Assembly: GCA_963707025.1 (NCBI GenBank)
Contig: CAVPOM010000004.1
Span: 96,001-160,000 of the forward strand
Direction of reading: 5' to 3'
Source: an uncultured Verrucomicrobiae bacterium
GTDB lineage: Bacteria > Verrucomicrobiota > Verrucomicrobiia > Limisphaerales > Palsa-1400
Length of the DNA: 64,000 bases
Program-made: the position numbers and the translations under genes
In this document: positions 10,763 through 25,808 of the stretch, piece after piece
Numbering within the stretch: position 1 is the stretch's first letter
How the letters are laid out: every line of letters begins with the position of its first letter
Notes under the pieces: generated by a model
Database searches by the model: none
Told to the model about the DNA's origin: nothing
What the model saw: the letters and a program-made list of their open reading frames with translations, nothing else

Positions 10763-11542
10763 ATGGACGCCACTGGGCGCTACCTGATGATCGCCAACTT
10801 CCAGGGCGGCAGCATCGCCACGTTCGCGCTGGAGCCTGACGGCAGCATTGGCGAGCGCACCGCGTTCGTGCAGCACACTGGCACCAACGTCAATCCAGCT
10901 CATCCCATTCAGGCCCACGCTCACTCAATCCGGGTTGATCCGGCCAACCGGTTTGTCTTGGTGGCGGATCTCGGCTTGGACAAGTTGTTCACTTATCGGC
11001 TGGACTCCATGACTGGCGCGCTCCAGCCAAATGACCCGCCGTTCTCATCTGTGGCGGTGGGATCGGGCCCGCGTCATACCGCCTTTCTTCCCGATGGCCG
11101 CATTGTTTACCTGATCAATCAGATGGCCAGCACCATTATCCGTTTCGGTTGGGATTCAGCTACTGGCGCCCTCACGCAATTTGAGCCCGCTTCCACACTG
11201 CCGGAGGGATTCAAGGGTCAGAACGATACGGCTGAAATTCTCGTGCATCCTGGCGGGAAGTTCATTTACGCCACCAATCGCGGACACAACACGGTGGCAG
11301 TGTTTTCCGTCGAGGGGGAGACGGGGCGCCTGAAGTTGATTCAAGACATCTCGACCCAGGGCAAGACTCCGCGAAACTGTGAATTCGACCCCACTGCCCA
11401 CTGGCTGCTGGTGAGCAATCAAGATAGCAACAACGCGGTCGTCTTCGGCATAGATCCGAACACCGGACGGCTGACCCAGGCTGGGGAACCGATCAAGGTT
11501 TTGTCGCCTTTTTGCGAGCGTTTTCTCCCGGTGGAAAAATGA
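10763..11542 (+). pseudogene. 6-phosphogluconolactonase family protein, N-terminally truncated
   Basis: HAHSI, DLGLD, GSGPRH, YATNRGH, TPRN motifs; starts mid-propeller. Confidence 0.8.
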
Positions 11543-11673
11543 TTCCCAAACGCTATTCTTTAATCCGGCATAAATTGAGCGGTGAAAACAACGGTATTCA
11601 ATCCATTTGTTTGGACAGCCGAAATGGCTGCCCAAGACCGTGCCAAATCCGATGAACCCCGGTTCCAAAAATC

Positions 11674-12780
11674 ATGAATCCAAAACTTCCTTGTTGGCTG
11701 GCGATATCTTCGACCATTGGCCTTTTCGCGATATTAACCGGCTGCCACACCTCTGAAGTGTCTAAGCTGGGCGCGGCGACGCCGTGCATGGCTGTGCTCG
11801 ACCGCTTCACCGCTGCTGATGTGCCGGCAATGGGTCCGGACGAAACTGCTTCGCCAGCCGGTCGTTGGACGAACGGCGTCAAGCCCCCTAATCTTCCGGG
11901 CAACGGCCTGGCGCAACATTCAATGCTCGTGGTTAGTGAAAACTACGATAAAATGTTCCTCGTCAAGGATGGCAAAGTCATCTGGACCTATTCCACTGGC
12001 ACCAGCTTCGAATACAACGATGTCTGGATGCTTTCCAACGGTAATATTCTTTTCTCGCGCATGGAATACGCCGAGGAAATCACACCGGAAAAAAAGGTGG
12101 TGTGGCGTTACGATTGCAGCAAAGCCACCGGCGCCAGTCATACGGAGATTCACACCTGTCAGCCCATTGGCCTGGACAAGGTCATGATCGTGGTGAACGG
12201 CCTGCCGCCGAAATTGAAAATAATCAATACCAGGACCGGGGCCGTGGAAGTGGAGCACGAACTGCCTTTTAGCCAGCCGCCCAACCCCAGTGGCATTCAT
12301 GGGCAGTTCCGCCGGACTCGTGTCACCGCCCATGGAACCTACCTTGTTCCGGTCTTTGGGATGGGCTACGTCGTGGAATACGACAAGAACTTCCAGGAAA
12401 TCTGGAGATACAAAATCAAATCGCCGTGGGCCGCCCTTCGTCTCAAGAACGGCAATACGCTGATCACCGATGAAGCGGACAGCCTGACGCGTGAAGTCAA
12501 TCCCAAGGGCGAGACGATCTGGGAATGCAACACGAAGAAGGACCTGCCTGCGGAATTCCAGTTCAGTTCCGCGCCGCAGAGCTGCACCCGCCTGGCCAAC
12601 GGCAATACCATCTTCACTTCCCGCGGTGACAATGGCAAAGGCCCGCAGCTCATCGAGGTGACCCCGGACAAGAAAGTCGTTTGGGTGTTGCAAGACTGGA
12701 AGACCTTTGATGGCATTAGCGCGGTGCAGATCCTGGACGATCCGGGCATCCCCGAAATCCCCGGGCAATCGGAGCACTGA
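11674..12780 (+). CDS. Beta-propeller lipoprotein (PQQ-like/arylsulfotransferase-like repeats)
   Basis: LTGC lipobox; repeated LxNGNTL and EVTPDKKVVW motifs. Confidence 0.7.
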   Translation: MNPKLPCWLAISSTIGLFAILTGCHTSEVSKLGAATPCMAVLDRFTAADVPAMGPDETASPAGRWTNGVKPPNLPGNGLAQHSMLVVSENYDKMFLVKDGKVIWTYSTGTSFEYNDVWMLSNGNILFSRMEYAEEITPEKKVVWRYDCSKATGASHTEIHTCQPIGLDKVMIVVNGLPPKLKIINTRTGAVEVEHELPFSQPPNPSGIHGQFRRTRVTAHGTYLVPVFGMGYVVEYDKNFQEIWRYKIKSPWAALRLKNGNTLITDEADSLTREVNPKGETIWECNTKKDLPAEFQFSSAPQSCTRLANGNTIFTSRGDNGKGPQLIEVTPDKKVVWVLQDWKTFDGISAVQILDDPGIPEIPGQSEH

Positions 12781-12878
12781 ATCGCCATCGGAAGTGGGGC
12801 GGTTCGAGCGGTGCCTGTACTGCCGAATAACTCGGAGGACCGGGTCAATTTGGACGGAATTCCTTTATGATGGACTAA

Positions 12879-16273
<3,395 letters not shown>

Positions 16274-16377
16274 CCTGGCAAACGGGCTTGTGAATAACAT
16301 GTCAAAGAAATACTTGCAAACGAGTGTAATCTGTTTTTCCCGGAAACCTGCCAGTCAGAATCATGAACTGCGCGCTC

Positions 16378-17710
16378 CTATTTCATGAACTGAATATTGT
16401 AGGCGCGATGGTCTCTGGGGAGTTGCAGCGGTCCGGCTGTCGGTTTGCCGTCCACCACGATTTTAGTCCAACCGGACTGGACCTCGATTGTGAAACGGAT
16501 GCCGGCCAATTCCACATCGTTTAGCGTGAAGTCAATCGTCTTAAACGGTTTCAGGTAAACGTTGTGGGCGTCCATTTTGAGTCCGAGAATGGCCATGAGA
16601 TATTCCCAGCACGATTTGTAGCGGGGATAAGGAGGGAAGCGGGGCGTGTCTTTATTAGGTTCTTCCGGCAGAGTGCGGCTCAACCCGTCGGGACCGGCGG
16701 ATTTGTTCCATTCGCCCACGAAGAGGTGATTGTTGTGCAGGCTCGCTTCCAGCGAATTGAAAACGTCCAATGATTTGGCTTCGTCGCCAACATTCGCCAG
16801 CAGCGAGGCCAGCTCTTCCTGCGGGCCAAACCAAGCGGTCCGGGCATGATAGCCGGCCTGCATTTCTGGCTGGTGGCCGGGCCTCATGCCATTAGCCCAG
16901 CCGCGAAAACCCTTTCCCGGATCGTCAATGAGATTGTTAGTGAAGAGAGTGTGGAGCGCGGCGGAAACTTTTTCCTGAGGCAGCACACTCTCTGCTCGCG
17001 GATCCAGGAGCGTGAGCCATTTGCCGAAGAGCTGGTCGTTGAATGTGTCCTGCCCGTCGGTGCGTCTGAGGGCATCCGGGTTTTCGCTGCGGTTGGTGGG
17101 AACAAAAAAAGTGTTCCAGTAATTTCCATCCTTGTTCCAGAGCAACTCGTCCAGGCTCTGTCGCGCCTTGGGCAACATTTCCCCGGCAGGCAGCCCCTCG
17201 ATGACAGACGGCTGATGCAGCGTTCGCGACATCTGGTCCAGGCTGTAAAGCCCATAGACCCACATCACACTCACATAAGAGTTGACGCCGGGCATGTGCC
17301 AGATGTCGTAAGATTGATTGCCTTCGCGGTTGTGGAGTAGATATTGGTAATTATCGGCTTCGTAAACACGGTTGGCGGCCAGGGTGGCCAGCGGCAAACC
17401 TTTGGCCAGCCAATCCGCATCGTTGAACCACAATGAATCGCGATAAACACGGCCGATAAAGGTCGGTTCTTCCGCATAATCCGAGCTGTCATTCCACAAA
17501 GAGTGCCAGACGAATCCGGCCCTGCTCCCGCTGGTGGGAATCACCTTGAAGAATTGATCCATGTCCATTCGCTCCAGCTCGGGCCAGTTGATCATGTAAA
17601 GCCAGTTGTTATAGACGCAAACATCCATCGTATTAACCCAGCCGTGAGGAACTTCCTGCTCAAGAAAATATGGGTCGTCCGTCAGGATGGTCGAGGTGCA
17701 GACCGAACAT
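16378..17710 (-). pseudogene. GH116-like (alpha/alpha)6 glycoside hydrolase, C-terminal part
   Basis: NTMDV, NQSYDIW, LWNKDGNYW and DQLFGKW motifs; no credible N-terminus. Confidence 0.55.
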
Positions 17711-17904
17711 AGCGACGAGAACCATAGCCGCTTGCAGGCGGGGGGAACGTTGTAACCCGACACGATTTCAGCAAGCTTACATCGATTCCATTGCAGGAAG
17801 TTCCAAGACCAGCACTACCGCAGGAGGTTTGGCACTCGGTGGTTTTAGAAATAAATGATCGGATGGCGCGAATGCAGCGCCTGTGGCGACCCTGATCCGT
17901 CCCG

Positions 17905-18603
17905 TTACGGAACTTTGGCGCCACGGACGATTTCCACGGGAATCCACATGTGCTTCATCAGCGCGCTTTCAATTTTGAAGCCCGCCTTTTCCAGGGCCAC
18001 CCGCACATAGATGGGGCGGCAGTCAAGAAAGTTCGGGAAGTGTTCATGCGTCCATTCAAAAGCACCGACCAGCGGGTCATGTTTGGCGTCTTTGGACATG
18101 CCCACCACCACGATGCGCCCACCCGGCCGCAGAACGCGCTTGCACTCGCGCAACGTCGTCGGGATATCCGGCGTGTCGAACAATTCCAGCGTAAAGCTCA
18201 TGAAGACCGCGTCCATGCTGTTGGCCTCGTAAGGAAGTTGCGTCGCGTCAGCGCAGCGCAGCCGGGCGCGTTCGAGGAGCTTGGACTTGGCGAGGTTCGC
18301 TTTTGCCCGCAGAAGCATTTTGTCCGACAAATCGAGGCCGAATACCATGCCTGTCGGTCCGACGGCTTTCGCGAGGGCCACGAGGCTGTGTCCAGTGCCG
18401 AAGCCGATTTCCAAAACGCTTTCCCCGGCGCGCATGCGCAACAACTCCAATCCCGCCTTGCGCATGGGGGCTTCGCTGCGTTCGGACAGCAAATCATAGA
18501 CGCGACTGATTTTGTTGTAAAACGCCCTGGTCTGGTCTTTCGATTGGAAAACTCTCAGAACGGGGGCAGGACTGGTTTTGCGGGTCGAGTTCATATAGAT
18601 CAT
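17905..18603 (-). CDS. Class I SAM-dependent methyltransferase (UbiE-like)
   Basis: VLEIGFGTG, GLDLS, RVLRPGG; start overlaps the ClC stop (TAATG). Confidence 0.88.
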   Translation of the reverse strand: MIYMNSTRKTSPAPVLRVFQSKDQTRAFYNKISRVYDLLSERSEAPMRKAGLELLRMRAGESVLEIGFGTGHSLVALAKAVGPTGMVFGLDLSDKMLLRAKANLAKSKLLERARLRCADATQLPYEANSMDAVFMSFTLELFDTPDIPTTLRECKRVLRPGGRIVVVGMSKDAKHDPLVGAFEWTHEHFPNFLDCRPIYVRVALEKAGFKIESALMKHMWIPVEIVRGAKVP

Positions 18604-20477
18604 TAAGCGGACAGCGTTGGATCGAACGGACTGCGCTTCCGTTTCATTCCTTGCAAGCGGCCGGCCCGTCCCTCCTTGGCCGTTTCCAAAGCGGACCAGA
18701 GTCCTGAGCGGGTAATCAGCCCGATGGGGCAATCGGGTTTCTCACGCGTCACGACTGGCAAATTGCCGACATCCTTGGCGGCAAATCGCTTCAGAACGGT
18801 GAAAAGGTCTTCATCCGGAAAAGCCGTGGACCCATCGCGAGACATGATGTCCTTGACCTGCACTTTTTGACGCTCCGTCTCGGCGACCCGATGGATGGCC
18901 AAGAGCGTAACCCGTCCGGACAACTTGTTCTGCGCCACCACCGGCAAGCTGGCCAAGCCATAATCTCCCATCAAACTCATGGCGTCGCTCACGGACGCGT
19001 TCGCGTTCACATAGACCGGCATGTGAATCATGACATCGGCGGTCTTGACACGATGCAGCACAATCGGCTCGAACTCGTCGGCATGGAAAGGGGAGTCGAG
19101 ACGGCTGTTGACCTGGGCGGGAAAGATCGTTCGTTTCCCTGAAAGAATAAACGCCGTGACCACGGCGAACATGGCCGGGCCTAACAGCCCATAACCGCCG
19201 GTCATCTCGGAAATCATGATGATCGTGGATATGGGAGCTTTGGCGGCGGCGGCAAAGAAAGCAATCATTCCGACGATCGCATAAGTGCCCGGATGCGGCA
19301 CCGCGGATGGAAAGAGATAGGCGGCCCCATAACCAAACGCGCCGCCAAACATGCCGCCGGTGACCACGCACGGGCCGAATATGCCTCCCGAATTGCCTGA
19401 GCCTAACGTTAAGGACGCACCCACGATTTCAGCAACCGCCGCCAGCAACAGCATGAGCGGCGGCAACAACTGCAGGTCTTGGGATATGGCAAATTGGGCC
19501 CACCCATAGCCGGTTCCAATCACTGAAGGAACCAGGAGACCGATCATGCCGGTGCAAAAACCGCCAATGGCTGCGGCCGCCCACAGAGGGAAACGCTTAA
19601 AGAACTTTTCGAGTTGAAAATAGACCATGAACAAGAACCGCGCCAATAGAGCGCAGCCGACCCCCAACAGCGCATACAGGATCAAAGTCCACGGGTGATC
19701 GAACTGCGTCGCCTGCGGCGGGGGGGTGAATACGGGCTGAAATCCTACGGCGGCTCCGACAATGGAGTAGCCGACGACGGCAGCGATCAAAGCGGGCACC
19801 AAAGCCTCAACTTCGAAATCCTCCTTGTAAAAAATCTCCGCGGCAATGATGGCCCCGGCCAGCGGGGCCTTGAAAATCGCGGCAATGCCGGCACCCAGCC
19901 CTGCAGCCAGGGCAAGGTTCCGTTCCCGCGCAGATAGTTTCAGTAGGTTGGCAATGCTGGCGGCGGCGGAGGCTCCGATCTGGGCAATCGGTCCTTCCCG
20001 TCCAGAAGTGAGACCTCCGCCGATGGTGATGGCCGAAGTGATCAGCTTGAAGATCGAGGTCTTGAAGTTGAGCTTTTCGCTGTTGTGGAACGCCCGAATC
20101 GCGGCATTCGTGCCAATTCCTGCGGTCTGCGGAGCGAATTTCCAGGTGAGAAAGCCACCCACCAAGCCGGCCGCGGTTGTGACCAGGGGGAGCATCCAGG
20201 GACGGCTCATGTGAAATGGATACTGGCTCATACCCCCTTCTCCGCCTGGGAGCGGAGGAATGTATCCAACCAGAGTGCCGAGCACGAAATGCTTGACCAA
20301 GTTGATGCACCAGAGCAGCGCCAACGCCCCCAGGCCGGCCCCGACGCCAATCAGAATACCGATGAGCCCCATTTCCGAAGATAGGTGGCCCCTTCTCCCA
20401 TTTCCGGGATCTGCCTTAAACCAGGCCGTTGAGCTATCCGTTTCCACATAATTGAATTCGATGAACAGCACTGTCAT
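18603..20477 (-). CDS. ClC chloride channel/antiporter with two CBS domains
   Basis: GREGP, GIFGP and AAAAKAPIS motifs; C-terminal CBS pair. Confidence 0.93.
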   Translation of the reverse strand: MTVLFIEFNYVETDSSTAWFKADPGNGRRGHLSSEMGLIGILIGVGAGLGALALLWCINLVKHFVLGTLVGYIPPLPGGEGGMSQYPFHMSRPWMLPLVTTAAGLVGGFLTWKFAPQTAGIGTNAAIRAFHNSEKLNFKTSIFKLITSAITIGGGLTSGREGPIAQIGASAAASIANLLKLSARERNLALAAGLGAGIAAIFKAPLAGAIIAAEIFYKEDFEVEALVPALIAAVVGYSIVGAAVGFQPVFTPPPQATQFDHPWTLILYALLGVGCALLARFLFMVYFQLEKFFKRFPLWAAAAIGGFCTGMIGLLVPSVIGTGYGWAQFAISQDLQLLPPLMLLLAAVAEIVGASLTLGSGNSGGIFGPCVVTGGMFGGAFGYGAAYLFPSAVPHPGTYAIVGMIAFFAAAAKAPISTIIMISEMTGGYGLLGPAMFAVVTAFILSGKRTIFPAQVNSRLDSPFHADEFEPIVLHRVKTADVMIHMPVYVNANASVSDAMSLMGDYGLASLPVVAQNKLSGRVTLLAIHRVAETERQKVQVKDIMSRDGSTAFPDEDLFTVLKRFAAKDVGNLPVVTREKPDCPIGLITRSGLWSALETAKEGRAGRLQGMKRKRSPFDPTLSA

Positions 20478-20811
20478 TGCAAAGTTCGGCCGACATCATA
20501 ATGAAAGCGGGCTTCAAATAAACGGATTAAATCAAAATGTCTCTCGGTCCGTTTGCCAGGGGACGGTCCACCGCCGAGCTGTTTTCCTGGGATGGACGGA
20601 ACTAGTCTCCGACCGGCAGCGCGCGCGTGGGCGGCGGAGGGCTTCCGGCCTGCCATTGCCACCAACCTGCCGCCACCAACTTCTCTCCCGCGTAGCCCGC
20701 CACATCCCAGGGATCTCCCGCGGTCCACATGATGTGTGGCCCGATTATCTCAAACAGCACCGACCACCCCGCCCAATGCGCCGCGATTTCTCCGACCCTT
20801 TCTTCTTGCGT

Positions 20812-20837
20812 TGTAAGGTCGTGCCGCCAACCGCGAC
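20812..20837 (+). promoter_or_regulatory. Putative ECF sigma promoter for the DUF1223 gene
   Basis: TGTAAG-N14-CGCGAC; same motif and spacing at 25809-25834 (-) and 26649-26674 (+). Confidence 0.8.
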
Positions 20838-20921
20838 AAATCTGCATGAGTTGAACGCTCGAAAGGCTTCACCCGCGCCGGCCAAAAACGATTTCCGCGC
20901 GTTAGGTGATTACTTTAATGC

Positions 20922-21683
20922 ATGAATCCAGTGCGCTATATTATTTTAGGAGTACTCGCGGGCATCGCGACCGAGGCCGCGCCCATCCAATTTCAGAGTC
21001 CCGAGCGGCAGGTGGCGCTGGTGGAGCTTTACACCTCCGAAGGGTGCCGCAGTTGCCCGCCGGCCGAGTCGTGGTTGAGCGGGCTGAAAGAAAAACCCGG
21101 TCTCTGGAACGAGTTTGTGCCCGTCGCTTTTCATGTGGATTATTGGAACTATCTCGGTTGGCGCGACAAATGGTCCAGCAAGCAGTATTCTGATCGTCAA
21201 CGCGATTATGCCGGACTTTGGGGCAGCGAGAATATTTACACGCCTGAGTTTGTTCTTAATGGTCAGGAGTGGCGCAACTGGCTTGGCCTGAGAGGCGCTC
21301 CCGGTTTGGCTGGAACCAGAATCGGCATCCTCCAGGTTACCTCTGAGGACACAAATCACTGGCAGGTAAATTTTAGACCTGAAGCCGCCGTTACAACCGC
21401 TCTCGAAGTCAATGCCGGCCTTTTGGCCAGCGGATTGGTTTCCGACGTGAAGGCTGGAGAAAACGCGGGGCGCCGTTTACAACACGATTTTGCGGTGCTC
21501 AAGCTCATCAAACAGCCGCTCGCCGGCAAGGACGGCGAGTACCATGGTGCTTTCACAATGACCGGCGGGCAGAATTCGCCGGAAGGAATTTTGGCGCTGG
21601 CCGTTTGGGTCACTCGCAGCGGAACTCTTGAGCCTGTGCAATCGGTTGGCGGCTGGCTGGTGCCGCCGGCGAAAGTCAAATGA
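20922..21683 (+). CDS. DUF1223 secreted thioredoxin-fold protein
   Basis: VELYTSEGCRSCPPA, FHVDYWNYLGWRD, YTPE; signal peptide. Confidence 0.92.
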   Translation: MNPVRYIILGVLAGIATEAAPIQFQSPERQVALVELYTSEGCRSCPPAESWLSGLKEKPGLWNEFVPVAFHVDYWNYLGWRDKWSSKQYSDRQRDYAGLWGSENIYTPEFVLNGQEWRNWLGLRGAPGLAGTRIGILQVTSEDTNHWQVNFRPEAAVTTALEVNAGLLASGLVSDVKAGENAGRRLQHDFAVLKLIKQPLAGKDGEYHGAFTMTGGQNSPEGILALAVWVTRSGTLEPVQSVGGWLVPPAKVK

Positions 21684-22151
21684 GAAGGGCGTGATTTCTT
21701 GGCCGTCCTCGCCGCTTCGAGGACTTTGGACGGTTCAAGGCGCACCTTGAAATCGGGATTAACGTGGACGAAACAGATGACTCCCTTGGTATTGACAACA
21801 AAAACTGCCGGATGAGGAAGGATATGGTTGCGGTTGCCCGTGGCGGCATCCAGATCCACGTTGTGAGTTTTCATCGCTTCGAGAGTGGCGTCGTCCACTT
21901 TGTAGGAGATGCCGAATGCCTTGACGGCCTTGGCATCGCTGTCGGAAAGCAGCGTGTAGTCGAGTTTGTCTTTCTGCATGGTTTCGCGCAGCTTGCTCGG
22001 CTGATCCATGCTGATGGCAATCAACTTTATGCCTTCCTTGGTCAGGTCGTTCGTGATGCTGGTAAGTGCCTGGTGAGCTGGACCCCTATTTTTAGACCAC
22101 AGGTAAGTTTCGATTTTTGCCGGTTTGCTGTAGATAAGAAAGAGCAGACTT

Positions 22152-22442
22152 ATGAAAGCAAAATGGAAAAGACACAGTGCGGCCTTCAAGGCCAAAGTGG
22201 GATTCGAAGCCCTGGTGGGGCTGAAGACGGTCGCGCAATTGGCGCGAGAGTATGCGGTGCATCCGGCGCAGGTCACGCAGTGGCGGGCGACGATTCGGGA
22301 TCACATGCCCGAATTGTTTGAGCCCGGGCAACCCCGCACGGAGGATCAGGAACAGTTGATTGCCCAACTGCATGAGAAGATTGGCCAACTGACGGTGGAC
22401 TTGGACTGGCTTAAAAAAAAGTCCAGGCAACTGGGGCTTTAA
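22152..22442 (+). CDS. IS3 transposase OrfA
   Basis: HSAAFKAKV HTH, IGQLTVDLDWLKKK; A8G slippery run at 22413-22421. Confidence 0.92.
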   Translation: MKAKWKRHSAAFKAKVGFEALVGLKTVAQLAREYAVHPAQVTQWRATIRDHMPELFEPGQPRTEDQEQLIAQLHEKIGQLTVDLDWLKKKSRQLGL

Positions 22443-22474
22443 CATGTTTAATCGCTCCCGATCCGCAGCTCAGC

Positions 22475-23329
22475 GTGCGGCGCCAGTGCGAGCTGCTGGC
22501 GGTGTGCCGTGGCAGTTATTATTACCAGTGCTGTCCGGAGACAGAGGAGAACCTGGCGCTGATGCGGCGGTTGGACCAGATGCATTTGGACCACCCGGTT
22601 TATGGCAGCCGCAAACTGACCGTGCTGTTGCGCCGGGAGGGTTTGACCATCAATCGCAAACGGGTGGTGCGGCTGCTGCGGTTGATGGGGATCGAGGCGA
22701 TTTACGCCAAGCCCAAGACGAGTCTGCGGGAGATGGGGCACCAGATTTATCCGTATCTGTTACGCAATTTGGCAGTGACGGGACCGGATCAGGTTTGGTG
22801 TTCGGACATTACGTATGTGCCTATGGCAACTGGGTTTATGTATTTGGTGGCGGTGATGGATTGGTGGAGTCGTTACGTGCTGGGATGGCGCTTGAGCAAC
22901 ACGTTGGAGGCGGACTTTTGTGTGGACGCTTGGGAGGCGGCGTTGCGGGCGGGGCGTCAGGCGCCGTTGATTTCCAATACCGACCAGGGATCGCAGTTCA
23001 CCTCCCCGATGTTTATCGATGCGGTGGAATCGGCGGGGGTGGACGTGAGCATGGACGGACGGGGTCGCTGGATGGACAACCGGTTTATCGAGCGGCTGTG
23101 GCGGAGCGCCAAGTATGAGGACATTTATTTGCAAGACTATGGCGACGGGTTGGCGGCAGGGCGCGGACTGGGCCGGTGGTTTGACGGCTACAACCGGGAA
23201 CGACCGCACCAGGCGTTGGGCTATGCGACGCCGGCGGACGCGTATTTTGATCCCGGCACGCATGGAGCCCAACCGGCCAAATGGGAAGCGATGCAACCTG
23301 CCAGAGGCAGGAGCGATCGCAGCACTTGA
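22475..23329 (+). CDS. IS3 transposase OrfB (DDE core), -1 frame relative to OrfA
   Basis: WCSDITY, NTDQGSQF, DNRFIERLWRS; frame is open back to the slippery site. Confidence 0.92.
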   Translation: MRRQCELLAVCRGSYYYQCCPETEENLALMRRLDQMHLDHPVYGSRKLTVLLRREGLTINRKRVVRLLRLMGIEAIYAKPKTSLREMGHQIYPYLLRNLAVTGPDQVWCSDITYVPMATGFMYLVAVMDWWSRYVLGWRLSNTLEADFCVDAWEAALRAGRQAPLISNTDQGSQFTSPMFIDAVESAGVDVSMDGRGRWMDNRFIERLWRSAKYEDIYLQDYGDGLAAGRGLGRWFDGYNRERPHQALGYATPADAYFDPGTHGAQPAKWEAMQPARGRSDRST

Positions 23330-23852
23330 CAGAGAGGCAGGCGGCAGGAAAAGGCTTGAAATCAGACCGCCTGCGGCGGTAGAGTTGAGAACCCTAAGAA
23401 AACGGAGAGGGAGGACGGGCAGTGCTCCGCATCGCTCGTTCTCTCTTTTCGAAAGGGTTTTGAAACACGGAATGAACAGTAGTCAACTACAATTAGTAAT
23501 GACAGCAATCGGCAAAAGTCGCGCTTATTTCATGCGCTCCGTGGTCTAAAGGATGGGGTCCACCTCATGGAGATGGGCGTTGCAAAACGGGCACCAACCG
23601 CCGCGATAAAACACCAGCACGGCGGGTTTGTCTGAAACGAGCTTTCGGAGGCGCACTTCCTTGTCTTCCACCGTGCGTAAAGTCACATCGGGAATCGAAT
23701 CACCGACTTTTAGGGCGGAGGGAATGATTGCAGCGCGCGACAGCAGGGCGCCTGCCAGCAGAATGCAGAATATTGTTTTCATGGGTATTTGAGTTTCTGT
23801 TTTGAATAGGGAGAACTTTTGTCTCAATTCTGACCAAAGGTTGTGTCGTTGT

Positions 23853-24599
23853 TCAGCTTTGAGCCATGCCGCCATCAACCAGCAGTTCCGTGCCGGTCAC
23901 GAAGCTGGCATCAGGCGACGCGAGAAATGCGACCGCCTTGGCGATTTCGCCGGGTTGACCAATCCGGGCGAGCGGAACTTGGGCAACAATCGCTCCGCCC
24001 ATTTCCTGAACGGCGGCCTCTGGCAAACCCATCTTGCCAAAAATCGGCGTGGCAACCGGACCTGGGCTGACCACGTTGACGCGAATCTTACGGCTCGCAA
24101 CTTCAAGCGCCAGAGTCTTGACAAGGTTGTTTAACGCGGCTTTGCCCGCCGCGTAGATGCTCGCTCCCGGCATCCCGAAATGCGCCACGCTGGAGGATGT
24201 GAACACGACCGACGCTCCCTCGGTGAGCAACGGCATGGCGTACTTGGCGGTGAAATAAGCGCCCTTAAAATTCGTGTTGGTCATTTCATCGAAAAGCTCC
24301 TCGGTGGATTCCGCCAATGGCGCGAACTTCGCGATGCCCGCATTGGCAAACAGGATGTCTATGTGTCCGACTTTTTCGCGAATGGTTTGGAACACGCGCT
24401 CGATGTCCGCAATGCGTGACACATCGGCGACCAAGCCGAGCGTATCGCCGCCGAGTTCCCTGGCCGCAGACGCGACGGCCTCCGGTTTGCGCCCGATGAT
24501 GATGACCTGCGCGCCCTCCTGTTTTAATTCGTGAGCGGTGGCGAGGCCAATGCCGCTGTTCCCGCCGGTGATGACGGCTACTTTATTTTGGAGTTTCAT
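23853..24599 (-). CDS. SDR family oxidoreductase
   Basis: ITGGNSGIG, NAG, YAAGK. Confidence 0.95.
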   Translation of the reverse strand: MKLQNKVAVITGGNSGIGLATAHELKQEGAQVIIIGRKPEAVASAARELGGDTLGLVADVSRIADIERVFQTIREKVGHIDILFANAGIAKFAPLAESTEELFDEMTNTNFKGAYFTAKYAMPLLTEGASVVFTSSSVAHFGMPGASIYAAGKAALNNLVKTLALEVASRKIRVNVVSPGPVATPIFGKMGLPEAAVQEMGGAIVAQVPLARIGQPGEIAKAVAFLASPDASFVTGTELLVDGGMAQS

Positions 24600-24658
24600 G
24601 ATGTTTTCGCTGATTGATGTCTGGTTTGAATGATTATTTCAAGCTGTTGTCGTCAGAT

Positions 24659-25732
24659 TCAGTCCCGCAGCACATGGCAGGTGTAGCCGCCAGGATGTTT
24701 GACGAGATACTTTTGATGATATTCCTCCGCCGGGTAAAATGTCGTTGCCGCAGTAATCTCCGTCGTGATCGGCCGGTTGAATTTGCCCGACTTGTCCCAG
24801 CGCGTCTTCACGCGTTCGGCAGTCTGTTTCTGTTCGGCGCTCGTGTAGAAAATGGCCGAGCGATATTGCGTGCCCGCGTCGTTGTGCTGCCGGTTCAGCG
24901 TTGTCGGGTCGTGCATGCGAAAGAAATAATCCAGCAAAGACTCGTAGCTGAGCCGGGTGGAATCGAACACCACCTGAATTGATTCCGCATGGCCAGTGGC
25001 GCCGGTGCAAACATCCTCGTATGTCGGGTCCGGCGTCGCGCCCCCGGTGTAACCGACCGTCGTTTTGATGACACCGGGGATCTTGCGAATGATTTCCTCC
25101 ATGCCCCAAAAGCAACCACCCGCCAGGATAGCCGTTTCATGCGCCGGGGCCTTGATGACACCTGTTTTGACAAACGGCTCAAGATATTGGCCGTAGCCGG
25201 CTTGGTCCATGTCGTCCACCGGAATAAATTTCAGCGCGGCGGAATTGATGCAGTAACGCAAGCCGTTCGCGCCCGGCCCGTCGTCGAACACATGGCCGAG
25301 ATGCGAGTCCGCCACGCTCGAGCGGATCTCGGTCCGCACCATGCCCAGGGTGGAATCCTTTTTCTCGACGACAGCGCCGCTTTGCAGTGGCTGGGTGAAA
25401 CTCGGCCAGCCCGTGCCGGAATCAAACTTGTCCAGCGAACTGAACAACGGCTGGCCCGAAACCACGTCCACGTAGAGGCCGGGCTTATGATTGTCCCAAT
25501 ACGCGTTATGGAACGGCGGTTCCGTGCCGGATTGTTGGGTGACCGCGAACTGTTCGGAGGACAGCTTCTTTTTCAACTCCGCCAGATCCGGTTTCTTGAA
25601 ATCCTGCATATGTTCTGGTTCGTAGGTTGAAATCTCGGCCGGCTGCGCGCGCCCCTGGCGCGCCACAACGGCGAGACCGACCGCCAATAAGGCCGCCGCC
25701 GCCGCCACGGCTGCAGTTTTAATTGAGGGCAT
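24659..25732 (-). CDS. msrAB: Bifunctional methionine sulfoxide reductase MsrB-MsrA, exported
   Basis: GTGWPSF and RYCINS (MsrB); GGCFWG and AEEYHQKY (MsrA); N-terminal signal-like segment. Confidence 0.95.
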   Translation of the reverse strand: MPSIKTAAVAAAAALLAVGLAVVARQGRAQPAEISTYEPEHMQDFKKPDLAELKKKLSSEQFAVTQQSGTEPPFHNAYWDNHKPGLYVDVVSGQPLFSSLDKFDSGTGWPSFTQPLQSGAVVEKKDSTLGMVRTEIRSSVADSHLGHVFDDGPGANGLRYCINSAALKFIPVDDMDQAGYGQYLEPFVKTGVIKAPAHETAILAGGCFWGMEEIIRKIPGVIKTTVGYTGGATPDPTYEDVCTGATGHAESIQVVFDSTRLSYESLLDYFFRMHDPTTLNRQHNDAGTQYRSAIFYTSAEQKQTAERVKTRWDKSGKFNRPITTEITAATTFYPAEEYHQKYLVKHPGGYTCHVLRD

Positions 25733-25808
25733 AGGCTTTCCAATTATTCAGTTTCACTTTCATTTAATGCTCTTGGCGCCAGAACTCCAATCCGCGCCCT
25801 AAACATGA

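Larger units (their letters stand above)
22074..23567 (+). mobile_element. IS3-family insertion sequence (1494 bp)
   Basis: TG...CA ends; imperfect IRs (tgagctggacccctatttttagaccac / revcomp tgaggtggaccccatcctttagaccac); 3-bp target duplication TGG at 22071-73 and 23568-70. Confidence 0.95.
21690..23782 (-). pseudogene. AhpC/TSA peroxiredoxin-like protein interrupted by IS3
   Basis: FYRGGWCPFCNAHL|QALTSITND is rejoined in frame on removing the IS and one TGG; LPHPAVFVV near the C-terminus; no stop at the expected position. Confidence 0.9.

Noticed and set aside
20602..20800. Membrane-protein-like fragment (LFEIIGPHIM..GDPWDV)
   Set aside because: Probably a decayed gene tail; too short to assign.
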